DNA of 64,000 nt. Source: Candidatus Pampinifervens sinense. Lineage in GTDB: Bacteria; Aquificota; Aquificia; Aquificales; Aquificaceae. The notes under the pieces were generated by a model that searched no databases, was not told the origin of the DNA, and saw nothing but the letters and a program-made list of their open reading frames with translations. The first letter of the stretch is position 1; every line of letters starts with the position of its first letter. The position numbers were made by a program, and so were the translations under genes. The DNA lies in assembly GCA_037927135.1 (NCBI GenBank), contig JAXSPP010000004.1, positions 64,001-128,000 of the forward strand, read 5' to 3'. Below, one piece after another: positions 22,709 through 34,000 of the stretch.

Positions 22709-24687
22709 GTAGGGACCAGCTTCTTATAAACACCATAAGGTTTTTAAGCGTGGACCAGGTGGAAAGGGCAAAGTCTGGACATCCGGGCATGCCCCTGGGC
22801 GCAAGCCACATAGCCTACCTTATCTTTGATAGGTTTTTACGCTTTAATCCTAAAAACCCCAAGTGGATAAACAGGGACAGGTTTGTGCTCTCTGCGGGCC
22901 ATGCCAGCGCCATGCTCTATTCTCTCCTCTTTGTGATGGGCTATGATCTGGACCTTGAGGACCTCAAAAACTTCAGACAGCTTGGAAGCAGAACACCTGG
23001 ACATCCAGAAAGTTTTTTAACACCTGGAGTGGAAGCCACCACAGGGCCCCTTGGCCAAGGCATAGGCAATGCAGTAGGCATGGCCTTGGCAGAAAAGTAC
23101 CTTTCCTCTTACTTTAACAGGGAAGGCTTTCCCATCATAGACCACTACACCTTTGCCCTTGTGAGCGACGGAGACCTTATGGAAGGAGTCTCCTGCGAAG
23201 TGGCCCAGCTGGCGAGCCACTGGAAGCTAAATAAACTCATAGTAATATGGGACAACAACAAGGTTTCCATAGACGGCCCCACTTCCTTGGCATGGTCTGA
23301 GGATGTGTTGGGAAGGTTTTCAGCCTTTGGCTGGTATGTACAGCATATAGAGGATGGATACAACCTGGAAGAGATAGAAAGGGCCATAAAAAGGGCCATG
23401 GAGCAAAAAGATAGGCCTTCCTTTATATCAATAAGGACACATCTGGGCTATGGTTCTCCAAAGCAGGATGATGCTAGCGTGCATGGCGCACCCTTAGGAA
23501 GGGACCTTGCCCTGCAGACAAAGAGAAACTTTGGCTGGCCTGAAGAGGAGTTTTATGTGCCGGAGGAGGTGTGGAAGTACAGAGAAGAAAAGATAAAGAG
23601 AGGAAAGGAATTAGAAGAAGAGTGGAACAGGCTCTTTGAAGCCTACAGGGAAAAGTACCCTGATCTGGCGGACATGCTTTTGAAATACTTTAACAAGGAC
23701 TGGGGAGAGGAGTACAAAAAGCATATTCCTACCTTTAGTGAGCCTATGGCCACGCGCCAAGCCAGTGGAAAGGTGCTAAACGCCATAGCCAAGCACATAC
23801 CCGTCCTCTTTGGTGGCTCTGCCGACCTTTCTGAGTCCAACAACACCTACCTGCACGGTATGGGAGAATTTTCCGCAGAGAACCCCCTTGGAAGGAACAT
23901 ACACTTTGGAGTAAGAGAGCATGCCATGGGCACCATCCTAAACGGCATGGCCTACCATGGGGGCATACTTCCTTACGGTGGCACCTTCTTGGTTTTCTCC
24001 GACTATATGAGGCCTTCCATAAGGCTTGCCAGCATGGCAGGCCTTCAGGTCATATACGTCTTTACCCATGACTCCATAGGCCTTGGAGAGGATGGGCCAA
24101 CCCACCAGCCTGTGGAACAGCTAAGCTCTTTGAGGCTCATACCAAACCTTTGGGTCATAAGGCCGGCGGATGCCAACGAAACTGCCGTAGCCTGGCAGAT
24201 GGCCATAGAAAGAAAGGATGGTCCTACAGCCCTCATACTCACAAGGCAAAAGCTACCTCTCATAGACAGGTCTAAATACCCATCGGCGGAAGGCATAAGG
24301 AGAGGCGCTTATATACTTCTTGACTGCGAAGGAACACCAGACCTTATCATCCTTGCCAGCGGCTCTGAGGTACACCCTGCCCTAAAGGCCGGAGAGCTTT
24401 TAAAGGAGGAAGGTATAAGGGTAAGGGTGGTGAATATGGCAAGCTTTGAAGTCTTTGAAGGCCAAGAGGAAGGCTACAAAAGGCATGTGCTCCCGCCGGA
24501 GGTAAAAAGGAGGGTGGCTGTAGAGGCGGGAAGGGGCCTCTGTTGGTATAAATATGTAGGGCTTGAGGGCCTTGTTATAAGTTTGGAGACCTTTGGCAAG
24601 TCTGCACCGGGTGAAGTGCTCATGCAACATTTTGGCTTTAGCCCAGAGTCTATCGTTAAAAAGATAAAAGAACACTATTCCTTTTAA
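22705..24687 (+). CDS. tkt: transketolase
   Basis: [52 protein letters not shown] 22705 overlaps metE stop. Confidence 0.97.
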   Translation: MSRDQLLINTIRFLSVDQVERAKSGHPGMPLGASHIAYLIFDRFLRFNPKNPKWINRDRFVLSAGHASAMLYSLLFVMGYDLDLEDLKNFRQLGSRTPGHPESFLTPGVEATTGPLGQGIGNAVGMALAEKYLSSYFNREGFPIIDHYTFALVSDGDLMEGVSCEVAQLASHWKLNKLIVIWDNNKVSIDGPTSLAWSEDVLGRFSAFGWYVQHIEDGYNLEEIERAIKRAMEQKDRPSFISIRTHLGYGSPKQDDASVHGAPLGRDLALQTKRNFGWPEEEFYVPEEVWKYREEKIKRGKELEEEWNRLFEAYREKYPDLADMLLKYFNKDWGEEYKKHIPTFSEPMATRQASGKVLNAIAKHIPVLFGGSADLSESNNTYLHGMGEFSAENPLGRNIHFGVREHAMGTILNGMAYHGGILPYGGTFLVFSDYMRPSIRLASMAGLQVIYVFTHDSIGLGEDGPTHQPVEQLSSLRLIPNLWVIRPADANETAVAWQMAIERKDGPTALILTRQKLPLIDRSKYPSAEGIRRGAYILLDCEGTPDLIILASGSEVHPALKAGELLKEEGIRVRVVNMASFEVFEGQEEGYKRHVLPPEVKRRVAVEAGRGLCWYKYVGLEGLVISLETFGKSAPGEVLMQHFGFSPESIVKKIKEHYSF

Positions 24688-24708
24688 AAAAAGCCCCCGG
24701 CGGGGGCT
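24686..24708 (-). terminator. intrinsic terminator between convergent tkt and subtilase
   Basis: AGCCCCC-GGC-GGGGGCT hairpin with an A7 run on the + strand side, i.e. a U-tract for the minus-strand transcript. Confidence 0.8.
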
Positions 24709-24714
24709 AAAGGT

Positions 24715-26586
24715 TTATTTTTTGAAGGTCCTTCTAAGAGCTATAAGTATTGGTGGCAAGAGCCAGAGGAGGACATTGAAAGGATTGGAACCTGTAGCCA
24801 TAGAGCATCCACCACCTCCACCAGAGGAGGAGCTACTTACAGAGAAGTTGAAGATGGCATAACAGCTTTTGTCCGAATCCATACTTATGGTGCATTGGGA
24901 ACTCATTCCACAAGACTGACAATCACCGCCCCAACCGCCAAAGGTGGAGCCGGTGTCTGGTGTGGCAGTAAGGGTGACAGAAGTGTTTGGATCAAAGTTT
25001 GCAGAACATATGGTGCCACAGTTTATGCCAGCTGGATCGCTTGTTATAGTGCCAGTGCCGGTGCCAGATTTGCTAACAGTGAGCTTATACTGAAAGATGG
25101 CTACACAGGTTTTGTCTGCATTCATAACTACGTTGCATGTGGGATTATTTCCACAGCTTGAACAATCTCTGTCCCATCCTACAAAAGTAGAGCTTGGTTT
25201 GGCATTAAGAGTAGCAGTGCTATTGGTGTTGTAAACACCCACATTACCATCCACAGTGCCATTTCCGTTTATAAGCACGCGCAAAAAGTAAAAAGTTCCC
25301 GGCTGACAATCACTAATCGTTAAAGCCTTAGAGGCGTTTATCCTTCCACCAGTTATGGTCTTTCCATTGAGGGAAGAAAGAGGATCCACACCCTTCATTA
25401 TCCTACACTTTAGCTTTCTCCATGTATAATTTGGGTTTTGAGCCTTCAAAAGGGCTGCAAGGCCCGCCACATGAGGAGAGGCCATGGAGGTGCCATCAGA
25501 ATAATCATAAACATTTCCAGGCACAGTACTAAAAATATCCACTCCTGGCGCTCCCACATGGACAGAGTTCCTTCCATAATTGGAAAAGCTTGCCAAAAGG
25601 TCGTTTTTATCTGTTGCAGCAACGGAGATTATATTTTCCAAATCATAAGAAGCTGGATATAAAGGAATAAGGTCGTTGTCATTAGCTTCATTCCCAGCCG
25701 CAGCAACAAAGAGTATGCCTGCATTCTTTGCGCTTGCTATGGCATCCCTTAAAGCTTGGCTATAGCCGTAGCCTCCCCAGCTTGCGTTTATGATGTGAGC
25801 ACCCTTCTGTATGGCGTAGTTGATGCAGTCTATGGCATCTGAGGTGGTGCCTGAGCCATCGCCACCCATAAACTTAAGCGCCATTATTTTAACTTGCCAA
25901 TTTACACCCACTACACCAACGCCATTATTACCCACCGCACCGATGGTTCCAGCCACATGTGTCCCATGCCCGTTGTCATCCATAGGGTCGTTTGGATTGG
26001 GCGCACCTGTAATACAGTTTTTGCCATAATATCCAGTGGCAGGATCCTTCCACATATTATCCTTTAGATCCGGATGGTTATAGTCCACTCCAGTGTCTAT
26101 CACAGCCACCACCACACTTTGACTTCCTGTGGTAATGTCCCATGCCGATGGAGCCTGTATTTTTACAAGGCCCCAAAGGTTATTCCACAGTGGGTCGTTT
26201 GGTATTGTAGCTCTTATGGTGTATATGTAGTCTGGTTCTGCGTATTCTACATCGGGCCTTTTTCTTAGCTCCGCAATAGCTTCATGGGGAGTCTTATCTT
26301 TTGGCAACTTAAACACGTAAATGTTTAGGTTTTTAAACTCCTTTATGCTTTGAAGCCCATACTGACTTTTAACTTCTGAAAGGGCTTGCAATCTAAACTG
26401 ACATCCTTTGAACTTTACTATCACCCTATCTAAGGCATATCTTGGCGCTGGCGTGTATTGAGGTCCGAAAGATGTAGATCTATTAGTCTGCGCTTTGCTA
26501 ATTTGACTACCTTGAGAGCTAAAAAGTGTTCCCAAAATTACAGCAAAAAGCCATAATAAAAGTTTTGATGTGATTCTAATCTTCAT
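24715..26586 (-). CDS. S8 subtilisin-like serine protease with I9-like prodomain, two Cys-containing repeat domains and C-terminal sorting signal
   Basis: Triad VAVIDTG / HGTHVAG / GTSMASP; signal peptide; repeats with F.GW..DC; C-terminus SSSSSGGGGGCSM + hydrophobic helix + RR..KK. Confidence 0.92.
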   Translation of the reverse strand: MKIRITSKLLLWLFAVILGTLFSSQGSQISKAQTNRSTSFGPQYTPAPRYALDRVIVKFKGCQFRLQALSEVKSQYGLQSIKEFKNLNIYVFKLPKDKTPHEAIAELRKRPDVEYAEPDYIYTIRATIPNDPLWNNLWGLVKIQAPSAWDITTGSQSVVVAVIDTGVDYNHPDLKDNMWKDPATGYYGKNCITGAPNPNDPMDDNGHGTHVAGTIGAVGNNGVGVVGVNWQVKIMALKFMGGDGSGTTSDAIDCINYAIQKGAHIINASWGGYGYSQALRDAIASAKNAGILFVAAAGNEANDNDLIPLYPASYDLENIISVAATDKNDLLASFSNYGRNSVHVGAPGVDIFSTVPGNVYDYSDGTSMASPHVAGLAALLKAQNPNYTWRKLKCRIMKGVDPLSSLNGKTITGGRINASKALTISDCQPGTFYFLRVLINGNGTVDGNVGVYNTNSTATLNAKPSSTFVGWDRDCSSCGNNPTCNVVMNADKTCVAIFQYKLTVSKSGTGTGTITSDPAGINCGTICSANFDPNTSVTLTATPDTGSTFGGWGGDCQSCGMSSQCTISMDSDKSCYAIFNFSVSSSSSGGGGGCSMATGSNPFNVLLWLLPPILIALRRTFKK

Positions 26587-26597
26587 AACCTACTTCC

Positions 26598-26924
26598 CTA
26601 CTGTATTTTGTAAATTCTATCTGGTTCTACATACTCAATCTCTTTTCTTTCAGATAGTCTCTTTATCAGCTCTTCCTGCGATGCTCTTTTTGGTGCTTCC
26701 ACCACATACATGTTTAGGTCCTCAATAACCTTTACAAGCCTTAGTCCATACTGGTTTATTATTTCCTTCCTCTTTTCTTCTGGCACGTCCTTCTTAAACT
26801 TTATTATCAGCCTTTGAGAAGTCTTCATAGGTACTTCTTCGGTGTTTACAGGTCTGCTTGTGGCACAGCCTTGGTTAAAAAGGGCAAAGCCAAAAAAAAG
26901 GGCTAAAAGCAAGCTTTTAAACAT
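26598..26924 (-). CDS. predicted lipoprotein, stand-alone subtilase prodomain (I9/fervidolysin-prodomain-like)
   Basis: Signal peptide ending QGC; body RLIIKFK...QYGL...LNMYV...EYVEPD matches the prodomain of the downstream protease. Confidence 0.75.
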   Translation of the reverse strand: MFKSLLLALFFGFALFNQGCATSRPVNTEEVPMKTSQRLIIKFKKDVPEEKRKEIINQYGLRLVKVIEDLNMYVVEAPKRASQEELIKRLSERKEIEYVEPDRIYKIQ

Positions 26925-26926
26925 GA

Positions 26927-27445
26927 TCACCTCCTTCCATACCTTCCCATAGTTTGCCCTTGTCCTATTATATGTCCCTGCATCTTGCTTTCCACCTCCC
27001 TCCTTGTGGCACCGGGCTTTAGACCTAAGCTTTCCACATCAAGGGCATAAACCTTTATGTAATATCTATGAGTATGCCCACGAGGAGGACAAGGACCACC
27101 ATAGCCCACACGGCCAAAATCGTTAATACCTTGTTTTATACTTCCAACCTCACTCCTTTTGGGAAAGTTCTCCTGCAAACTTGTTTGGCTTGCTGGAATA
27201 TCATAAACTATCCAGTGGGTAAAGGTGCCAATGGGTGCATCTGGGTCATCCATGATAAGCACAAAGGACTTGGTATTGCTTGGCTGTCCAGACCATTTAA
27301 CTTGAGGAGAAACATCCTCCCCATCACAAGTATATTTGCGAGGTATATCTTGACCCTCTTTGAAAGGAGCTTCTACCTTCATGGCTTCCCTCCCAAGGCT
27401 GTAATTGATAAAAAGCAAAATAATAGCAAACAATACCTTTTTCAA
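26927..27445 (-). CDS. YbhB/YbcL family PEBP (Raf kinase inhibitor-like) protein, exported
   Basis: YTCDGEDVSP, DDPDAP, FTHW, GYGGPCPP, HRY; TTG start behind GGAGG. Confidence 0.9.
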   Translation of the reverse strand: MKKVLFAIILLFINYSLGREAMKVEAPFKEGQDIPRKYTCDGEDVSPQVKWSGQPSNTKSFVLIMDDPDAPIGTFTHWIVYDIPASQTSLQENFPKRSEVGSIKQGINDFGRVGYGGPCPPRGHTHRYYIKVYALDVESLGLKPGATRREVESKMQGHIIGQGQTMGRYGRR

Positions 27446-27520
27446 GACCCCACCCTCCAAGGTTTATTATACATCATAATGGTCCTTTACTTACTGTGGC
27501 TGTAGTATAATCCTTTCTTT

Positions 27521-30520
27521 ATGAAGGATATAGGCCAATACGACCACAAGAAGGTGGAAGAAAAATACGCAAAGCTATGGGTAGAAAGGGTTTTGTATTC
27601 TGTAAAGGATACATCTGGAGAGAAGTTTTCTGTGGTTATCCCACCCCCTAATGTGACGGGTTCATTGCATATGGGCCATGCTTTGAATGCTACCCTTCAG
27701 GACATAATCTGTAGATGGCAGAGGATGCTGGGCAAGGAAGTGGTTTGGGTGCCGGGCTTTGACCATGCAGGTATTGCCACCCAGTATGTGGTAGACAGAC
27801 AGCTTCAAGAAAAGGGTATAAACAGGCTGGACCTTGGAAGGGAGGAGTTTTTAAAGAAGGTTTGGGAGTGGGTGCCCATATCAAGGAATGCCATAAGGGA
27901 ACAGCTTGAGAGGTTGGGAGTTAGCGTGGATTGGAAGAGGGAAAGATTTACCCTTGATGAGGGCTTTTCAAGGGCTGTAAGGTATGCCTTCAGAAGGCTT
28001 TATGAAGAGGGTCTTATATACCGTGGAGAGTATATGGTTAGCTGGTGTCCAAAGGACCTCACCGCCCTTTCGGACCTTGAGGTAGAACATGAAGAAGAGG
28101 AGGGGAAGCTTTACTACATACGCTATCCCCTTGAGGATGGCTCTGGGTATATAACCGTTGCCACCACAAGGCCGGAGACCATGCTGGGAGACACGGCTGT
28201 AGCCGTGCATCCGGAGGATGAAAGGTATAAAAGCCTTGTGGGCAAAAGGGTAAGGCTTCCCCTTGTGGAGTGGAAAAGGAAGGCTATGGATGGTTCAGAA
28301 GTGGAGCCAATTATCCCCATAATAGCGGATGAGAGGGTGAAGCCAGAGTTTGGAACGGGTGCGGTAAAGATCACGCCAGCCCATGACCCATTGGATTTTG
28401 AGATAGGTAAAACCCATGGCCTTCCCTTTGTGCAGGTTATGGACCAGTTTGCCCGTATGAACCACAATGCAGGCCAGTTTGAAGGCCTTGACAGGTATGA
28501 GGCAAGGAAAAAGATAGTGGAAAGGCTTGAGGAGCTTGGCCTTCTTGAAAAGGTGGAAAGCCACAGGCATGCGGTAGGCAAATGCTACAGGTGTAAAACG
28601 GTGCTTGAGCCCTTTGTCTCTACCCAGTGGTTCCTAAAGGTTTCAGACCCGCGCATAAGGGACCAAGCCATAAGGGTGGTAAAGGAAGGCCTAATTAGGT
28701 TTATTCCAGAAAACTGGTCCAAGATATACCTTCAGTGGATGGAGAACCTAAAAGACTGGTGCATATCGCGCCAGATATGGTGGGGCCATAGAATACCCGT
28801 TTGGTACTGTGAAGACTGTGGCCACACAAATGTTTTTACCGATGAGGACTTTGATAGGGTCTATGACAAGCTAATCTTTAACCTTATAGCCGATGGCAAG
28901 ATAGGAGAGGAGTTCACTCCAGAGGAGGTGGCAGACCTTCTTAACTCTCCTTCCTTTGTGCATCCAGAGATGACCCTTCTGGACTTTTATAAGCACTTTG
29001 CCTTCCATAAATACCACTCTACGGAAGTGGATGCCAACTCTCTCAGGCTCTTCTTTACACAGGACTTAAACCCCATGGCCATACTCACAGAAAAGAAAAG
29101 TAGATACAGGTACAACCCGCAGAAGAAGACCTACCGCTTTGTCTTAAGGTGTAAAAAGTGTGGTTCAGAAAGGCTAAGGCAGGAGACGGATGTTTTGGAC
29201 ACTTGGTTCTCCTCTGCCCTTTGGCCCTTTGGAGTCTTTGGCTGGCCGGAGGCCACCCAAGACCTTCAAAAACTATATCCTACAGACCTTCTGGTTACAG
29301 GCTTTGACATCATCTTCTTCTGGGTTGCCCGTATGGTGATGATGGGCACCTTCTTTACAAAGGACATACCCTTTAAGGATGTCTATATCCATGCCCTCAT
29401 AAGGGATGAGAAGGGCCAAAAGATGTCAAAAACTAAGGGCAATGTGATAGACCCACTTGATATTGTGGAAAAGTATGGTGCGGACGCTTTGAGGTTTACC
29501 CTTGCCATACTCACACAGCAAGGAAGGGACATTAGACTATCGGAAAAACGCTTTGAGGGCTATAAGCACTTTGCCAACAAGCTTTGGAATGCGGGAAGGT
29601 TTATACTCCTTAACCTTGATGAGGACCTTCTTTACAACCTTCCCTATGGTGCCCCACCAAGGCCTGAGGACCTTTGGATAATAACAAAGCTAAACAGGAC
29701 CATAGAAAGGGTAAACAAGGCCCTTTCTGAGTATGAGTTTTCCGAGGCTGCAAGGGAGCTCTACGAGTTTATATGGAGTGAGTTCTGCGATTGGTATATA
29801 GAGTTTTCTAAGATAAGGCTCTATGCCAAGCCCCAATCGGAAGACCCAGAAGAGGAAAAGAGGATAAAGGCGGAGAGGATAAGCGCACAGGCTACCCTCC
29901 TTATGGTCTTTGAGAAAACCCTTAGGCTTTTGCACCCCTTTATGCCCTTTATAACAGAAGAGCTATGGCAAGCTTTGCCAACGGCCCATCAAGAGAGCAT
30001 TTCCTTAACTCAATACCCACAGTTTAATCCTCAAGAGATTTATGAAGAGGCGGAGAAGAAAGTGGAAAGGATAAAAGAGATCATTTCCTCCATCAGGTCC
30101 TTGAGGAGCGACCTTCGTATTGAGCCATCAAGGAGGATAAAGCTATACTACAGAGCGGAGGAGAGCAAAAGCCTTGTAGAAGAGTTTATGCCTCACATTC
30201 TCAGCCTTGCGAGGCTTGAAAGCCTTGAGGAAGTGGCAGAAAGGCCACCCAGATCTGTGGCGGGCTTTTCAAAGGACTTTGAGTTCTATGTGCTGGCAGA
30301 GGAAAACATAAACTTGGAAGAACTTATAAGCTCTTACTCAAGAAGGCTTGCAGAGGTGGAAAGGTCCATGGAGACCTTTGAGAAAAGGCTCAGCAATGAG
30401 AACTTCTTAAAGAAGGCACCGGAGGAGGAGGTCCAAAGGACAAAAGAAGCCCTTGAAGAACTAAAGGGAGAAAGGGAAAGGATTCAAAGGCTTTTGACCA
30501 TATTGCAAGAGGCAAGATAG
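27521..30520 (+). CDS. valS: valine--tRNA ligase
   Basis: PPPNVTGSLHMGH, ATTRPET, WCISRQIWWGH, KMSKT, C-terminal coiled coil. Confidence 0.98.
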   Translation: MKDIGQYDHKKVEEKYAKLWVERVLYSVKDTSGEKFSVVIPPPNVTGSLHMGHALNATLQDIICRWQRMLGKEVVWVPGFDHAGIATQYVVDRQLQEKGINRLDLGREEFLKKVWEWVPISRNAIREQLERLGVSVDWKRERFTLDEGFSRAVRYAFRRLYEEGLIYRGEYMVSWCPKDLTALSDLEVEHEEEEGKLYYIRYPLEDGSGYITVATTRPETMLGDTAVAVHPEDERYKSLVGKRVRLPLVEWKRKAMDGSEVEPIIPIIADERVKPEFGTGAVKITPAHDPLDFEIGKTHGLPFVQVMDQFARMNHNAGQFEGLDRYEARKKIVERLEELGLLEKVESHRHAVGKCYRCKTVLEPFVSTQWFLKVSDPRIRDQAIRVVKEGLIRFIPENWSKIYLQWMENLKDWCISRQIWWGHRIPVWYCEDCGHTNVFTDEDFDRVYDKLIFNLIADGKIGEEFTPEEVADLLNSPSFVHPEMTLLDFYKHFAFHKYHSTEVDANSLRLFFTQDLNPMAILTEKKSRYRYNPQKKTYRFVLRCKKCGSERLRQETDVLDTWFSSALWPFGVFGWPEATQDLQKLYPTDLLVTGFDIIFFWVARMVMMGTFFTKDIPFKDVYIHALIRDEKGQKMSKTKGNVIDPLDIVEKYGADALRFTLAILTQQGRDIRLSEKRFEGYKHFANKLWNAGRFILLNLDEDLLYNLPYGAPPRPEDLWIITKLNRTIERVNKALSEYEFSEAARELYEFIWSEFCDWYIEFSKIRLYAKPQSEDPEEEKRIKAERISAQATLLMVFEKTLRLLHPFMPFITEELWQALPTAHQESISLTQYPQFNPQEIYEEAEKKVERIKEIISSIRSLRSDLRIEPSRRIKLYYRAEESKSLVEEFMPHILSLARLESLEEVAERPPRSVAGFSKDFEFYVLAEENINLEELISSYSRRLAEVERSMETFEKRLSNENFLKKAPEEEVQRTKEALEELKGERERIQRLLTILQEAR

Positions 30521-30521
30521 A

Positions 30522-30971
30522 CTACCTTTTCAAATCCTTTAGCTCCCTTGCGGCAGCATAGAGTATGGCTGTGGCCACAATCTCCGAGTCTACCCTCGCC
30601 ACCCCCTTCATCTTTGAAAGGCTCTTCTTTAAAGAGATGACCTCCAGCTCCATTATGAGTTGGTCCCCCGGATAAACTGGCCTTTTGAACCTTGCCTCAT
30701 CAATGCCTGCAAAGACTATGGCATACTTTCCTATCTCAAGCCCAAGAGACTTTATCATGAGGATGCCACCCACTTGTGCCATGGCCTCAAGGATGTAAAC
30801 GCCGGGCATGAGAGGGAATCCAGGAAAGTGCCCTTGGAAGACAGGTTCATTTACAGAAACATTTTTTAGCCCCACTATCCTTTTGCCCTCCTCCATCTCA
30901 AGGATTTTGTCCACCAAAAGGATAGGATACCTATGTGGAAGTATTTCCATTATTTCCCTTGCATCCAGCAT
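30522..30971 (-). CDS. fabZ: 3-hydroxyacyl-ACP dehydratase
   Basis: LPHRYP.LLVD, FQGHFP..P.MPGV.ILEAMAQ. Confidence 0.97.
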   Translation of the reverse strand: MLDAREIMEILPHRYPILLVDKILEMEEGKRIVGLKNVSVNEPVFQGHFPGFPLMPGVYILEAMAQVGGILMIKSLGLEIGKYAIVFAGIDEARFKRPVYPGDQLIMELEVISLKKSLSKMKGVARVDSEIVATAILYAAARELKDLKR

Positions 30972-31015
30972 AGCTTAAAATTATACAAGGATTTGTCTCA
31001 ATTATTTTTTGCAAG

Positions 31016-34000
31016 TCAGCTCTTCCTTCCGAACTTTTCATATACCAAAGGAAGTATCAGCAAGGTGAGGGCTGTGGAAGTAAAGATGCCCCCTATAACC
31101 ACCACCGCCAAAGGTTTTTGAACCTCCGACCCTATGCCTTTAGAGAATAACATGGGCAAAAGGCCCAAGGATGCTGCCGTGGCTGTTATAAGGATGGGCC
31201 TTAGCCTTCTTGAGGCACCCAAAAGCACAGCCTCTTTGAGGCTATATCCATTTTCCAGCAAGGACCTCACATAAGATATTAAAACCACTCCGTTGAGTGT
31301 GGCTATGCCAAAGAGGGCTATAAAGCCCACCGCAGAAGGGACAGAAAGGTTATAACCGGATATATACAAGGAAAGCACGCCACCTATGGTGGCAAAGGGA
31401 ACGTTCAGGATAACTATGAGGGCATCCCTAAGGGAGTTATAGTTTAGATAAAGGAGTAGCAATATAAGAAGAACAGACAAAGGCACCACTATGGAAAGCC
31501 TCTTCATTGCCCTCTCTTGGTTTTCAAACTGCCCGCCAAAGCTTATAAAGTAGCCAGGTGGAAGCTTAACCTCTTTTGCTATCCTTTCCTTTATTTCCTT
31601 TACAAAGCCTCCCAGATCTCTGCCTTGAAGGTTGGATTGCACAAGGGCAAACCTCATGCCGTTCTCCCTCCTTATCTTTAAAAAACCTTCAGTTATCTCC
31701 ACATCCGCCACCTGTGAGAGGGTCAATATGTTGCCATCCTTTGTGATAAGGGGTAAGTTCTTTATGCTCTCTAGGTCCTTCTTCTCTAGACCCAAGACCA
31801 AGGGGAAGAGTATGGTGTCTTGCTGTATGTAGCCTACTTCCCTTCCTCCCAAGGCATAGGCCACCAAGTTCATAAGCTCTGCGGTGGTCAGGTTGTACCT
31901 TTTTAACACCTCCATCTTTGGCACTATCCTTAGTTGTAGCTTTCCAGACTGGGCTTCCGTTTCCACATCCACAGCACCCTTTACACCCTTTACTATCTCC
32001 TCAATCTTATAGGCTATCTCGTTTATCTTTTTTAGGTCATCGCCAAAGACCTTTATGGCTACAGTGGATTTCACACCCGAAAGGAGTTCATCTATCCTCA
32101 TCTGTATGGGCTGTGTAAAGCTAAACTCCACACCCGGAATGCCTTCCAGCCTTTCCCTTAGTATGTTTTCAAACTCCTGCCTGCTTTTGAAGCTTTTCCA
32201 TTCCTCCGCAGGCCTAAGGATTATAAAGGTCTCAATGTAGCTAAGGTCCTCAGGCTCTCCCACCTCAGCCCTCCCTATGTTGGAAAAGGTCCTTACCACC
32301 TCTGGGTATTCAAGGGCAGTCTCCTCTACCACCCTTGCCACCCTTTTGGCCTCTTCCATGGAGACGTTTGGGTTCAAAAAGGACTTTACCAAAAGGGCTC
32401 CCTCCTCCAGTTGTGGGGCAAACTCTGTTCCTATGCGGGAAAGTAGGAAAAGGGAGAATAAGAAAAGGCCAAGGGTGGCCGTCAAAAGCAAGCTTCTAAT
32501 CTTAAAGGCACCTTCCAAAAGCTTTAGATAGAGTTCTCTTAGCCTTTTGAAAAAGTAAGTCTCTTCCCTTCCGGGCTTTATCACATAGTAGGAAAGCACG
32601 GGCATAAAGAGAAAGGCTACCACCAAGGAAGAAAAGAGGGCAAGGATGATGGTGAGGGCCAAGGGCTTGTAGTATTTTCCTTCCACAGATTCAAAGCTAA
32701 AGATGGGCAAAAAGACAAGCATGATAATGCCTACTGCAAAGCTAACGGGCCTTAGGACCTCGCTTACAGATTCAACTATTATGGAAAACTTGTTTGCCTG
32801 TGGCCTCTCAGAAAGATGTCTGTATATATTCTCCACCACCACCACGGTGGCGTCCGCAAAAAGGCCTATACCTATGGCAAGACCGCCAAGGGTCATGAGG
32901 TTTCCAGAGATGCCAAGGTTTTTGAGAAAGATAAAGGTGATAAGAAGGGTAAGTGGTACAGAGAGGGCCACCAAAAGGGCAACTCTAAGGTTCCACATAT
33001 AAAGGGCTATGGCCAGAGATACCAACAGTATGCCTTCTATAAGGGCCCTTTCTACGGTGGAGAGGGCCTTTTGAGTAAGGTAGGACTGGTCATAAAGGAC
33101 CTCCACCTTTAAGCCCTCTGGCAATATCTTTTGAACCTCTTCAAGCTTCTTTTTTAGCTCTTCTACAAGCTCCATGGTGTTTGTTTGAACCCTTTTCAAA
33201 ACTATGTTGCCTTGAACCTCTTGGCCGTTGAGGGTGAAGACGCCCCTCCTGTTTGGAAGCTCGGAGGGCAAGACCTCTGCCACATCTTTTATGGTAAGGC
33301 TTACTCCTCCCTCCTTCTTTATAGGTACATTCTCCACCTCTTCTATGCTTTTTAGCCTTCCAAGACCTCTTACCACAAGGTCTCCTTCTGGAGATTGCAA
33401 AAAGCCCCCACCCGCTATCTGGTTATAGTCTTCCAAGGCTTTTACCACATCCTCCAAGCTTATGCCGTATAAAACCATCTTTTCTGGCTTTAGCCTTATG
33501 AGGTATGCCCTTTCTGGCCCCCATTGGGATATGTCTTCCACGCCATCGGTGGCCTTTATAATGGGCCTTATCTTCCACATCTGGATGGTCTTTAGGTCCT
33601 CAAGGGAGTAGTTTCCCTTTTCATCCAAAAGGGCATAAAAAAGCACGTTGCCAAGGCCGGAGGTGTTTGGACCCATCCTTGGCACATAGCCCTGTGGTAT
33701 TTGGGCTTGGGCCTCTGGAAGCTTTTGGGCCACAAGGTTTCTGGCAAAGTATATGTCTGTGCCATCTTTAAAAAAGACGCTCACATAGGAGAGACCCGGA
33801 AGACTTACAGACCTTACAAGCTCCACATCCTTTATACCAGACAAAACAAACTCTATGGGCTTGGTGACCAAAAGCTCCGTTTCCTCCGCAGAGAGGCCCG
33901 GCGTTTCTGTGTATATGATCACCTGAACGGGTGTGGGATCTGGGAAGGTATCTATGGGTAGCTTTTTGAAGGACCAAAGGCCAAGGGCCACCACTCCAAA

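Noticed and set aside
28808-29161. Possible intein in valS
   Set aside because: No terminal His-Asn/Gln plus nucleophile and no LAGLIDADG or splicing blocks visible
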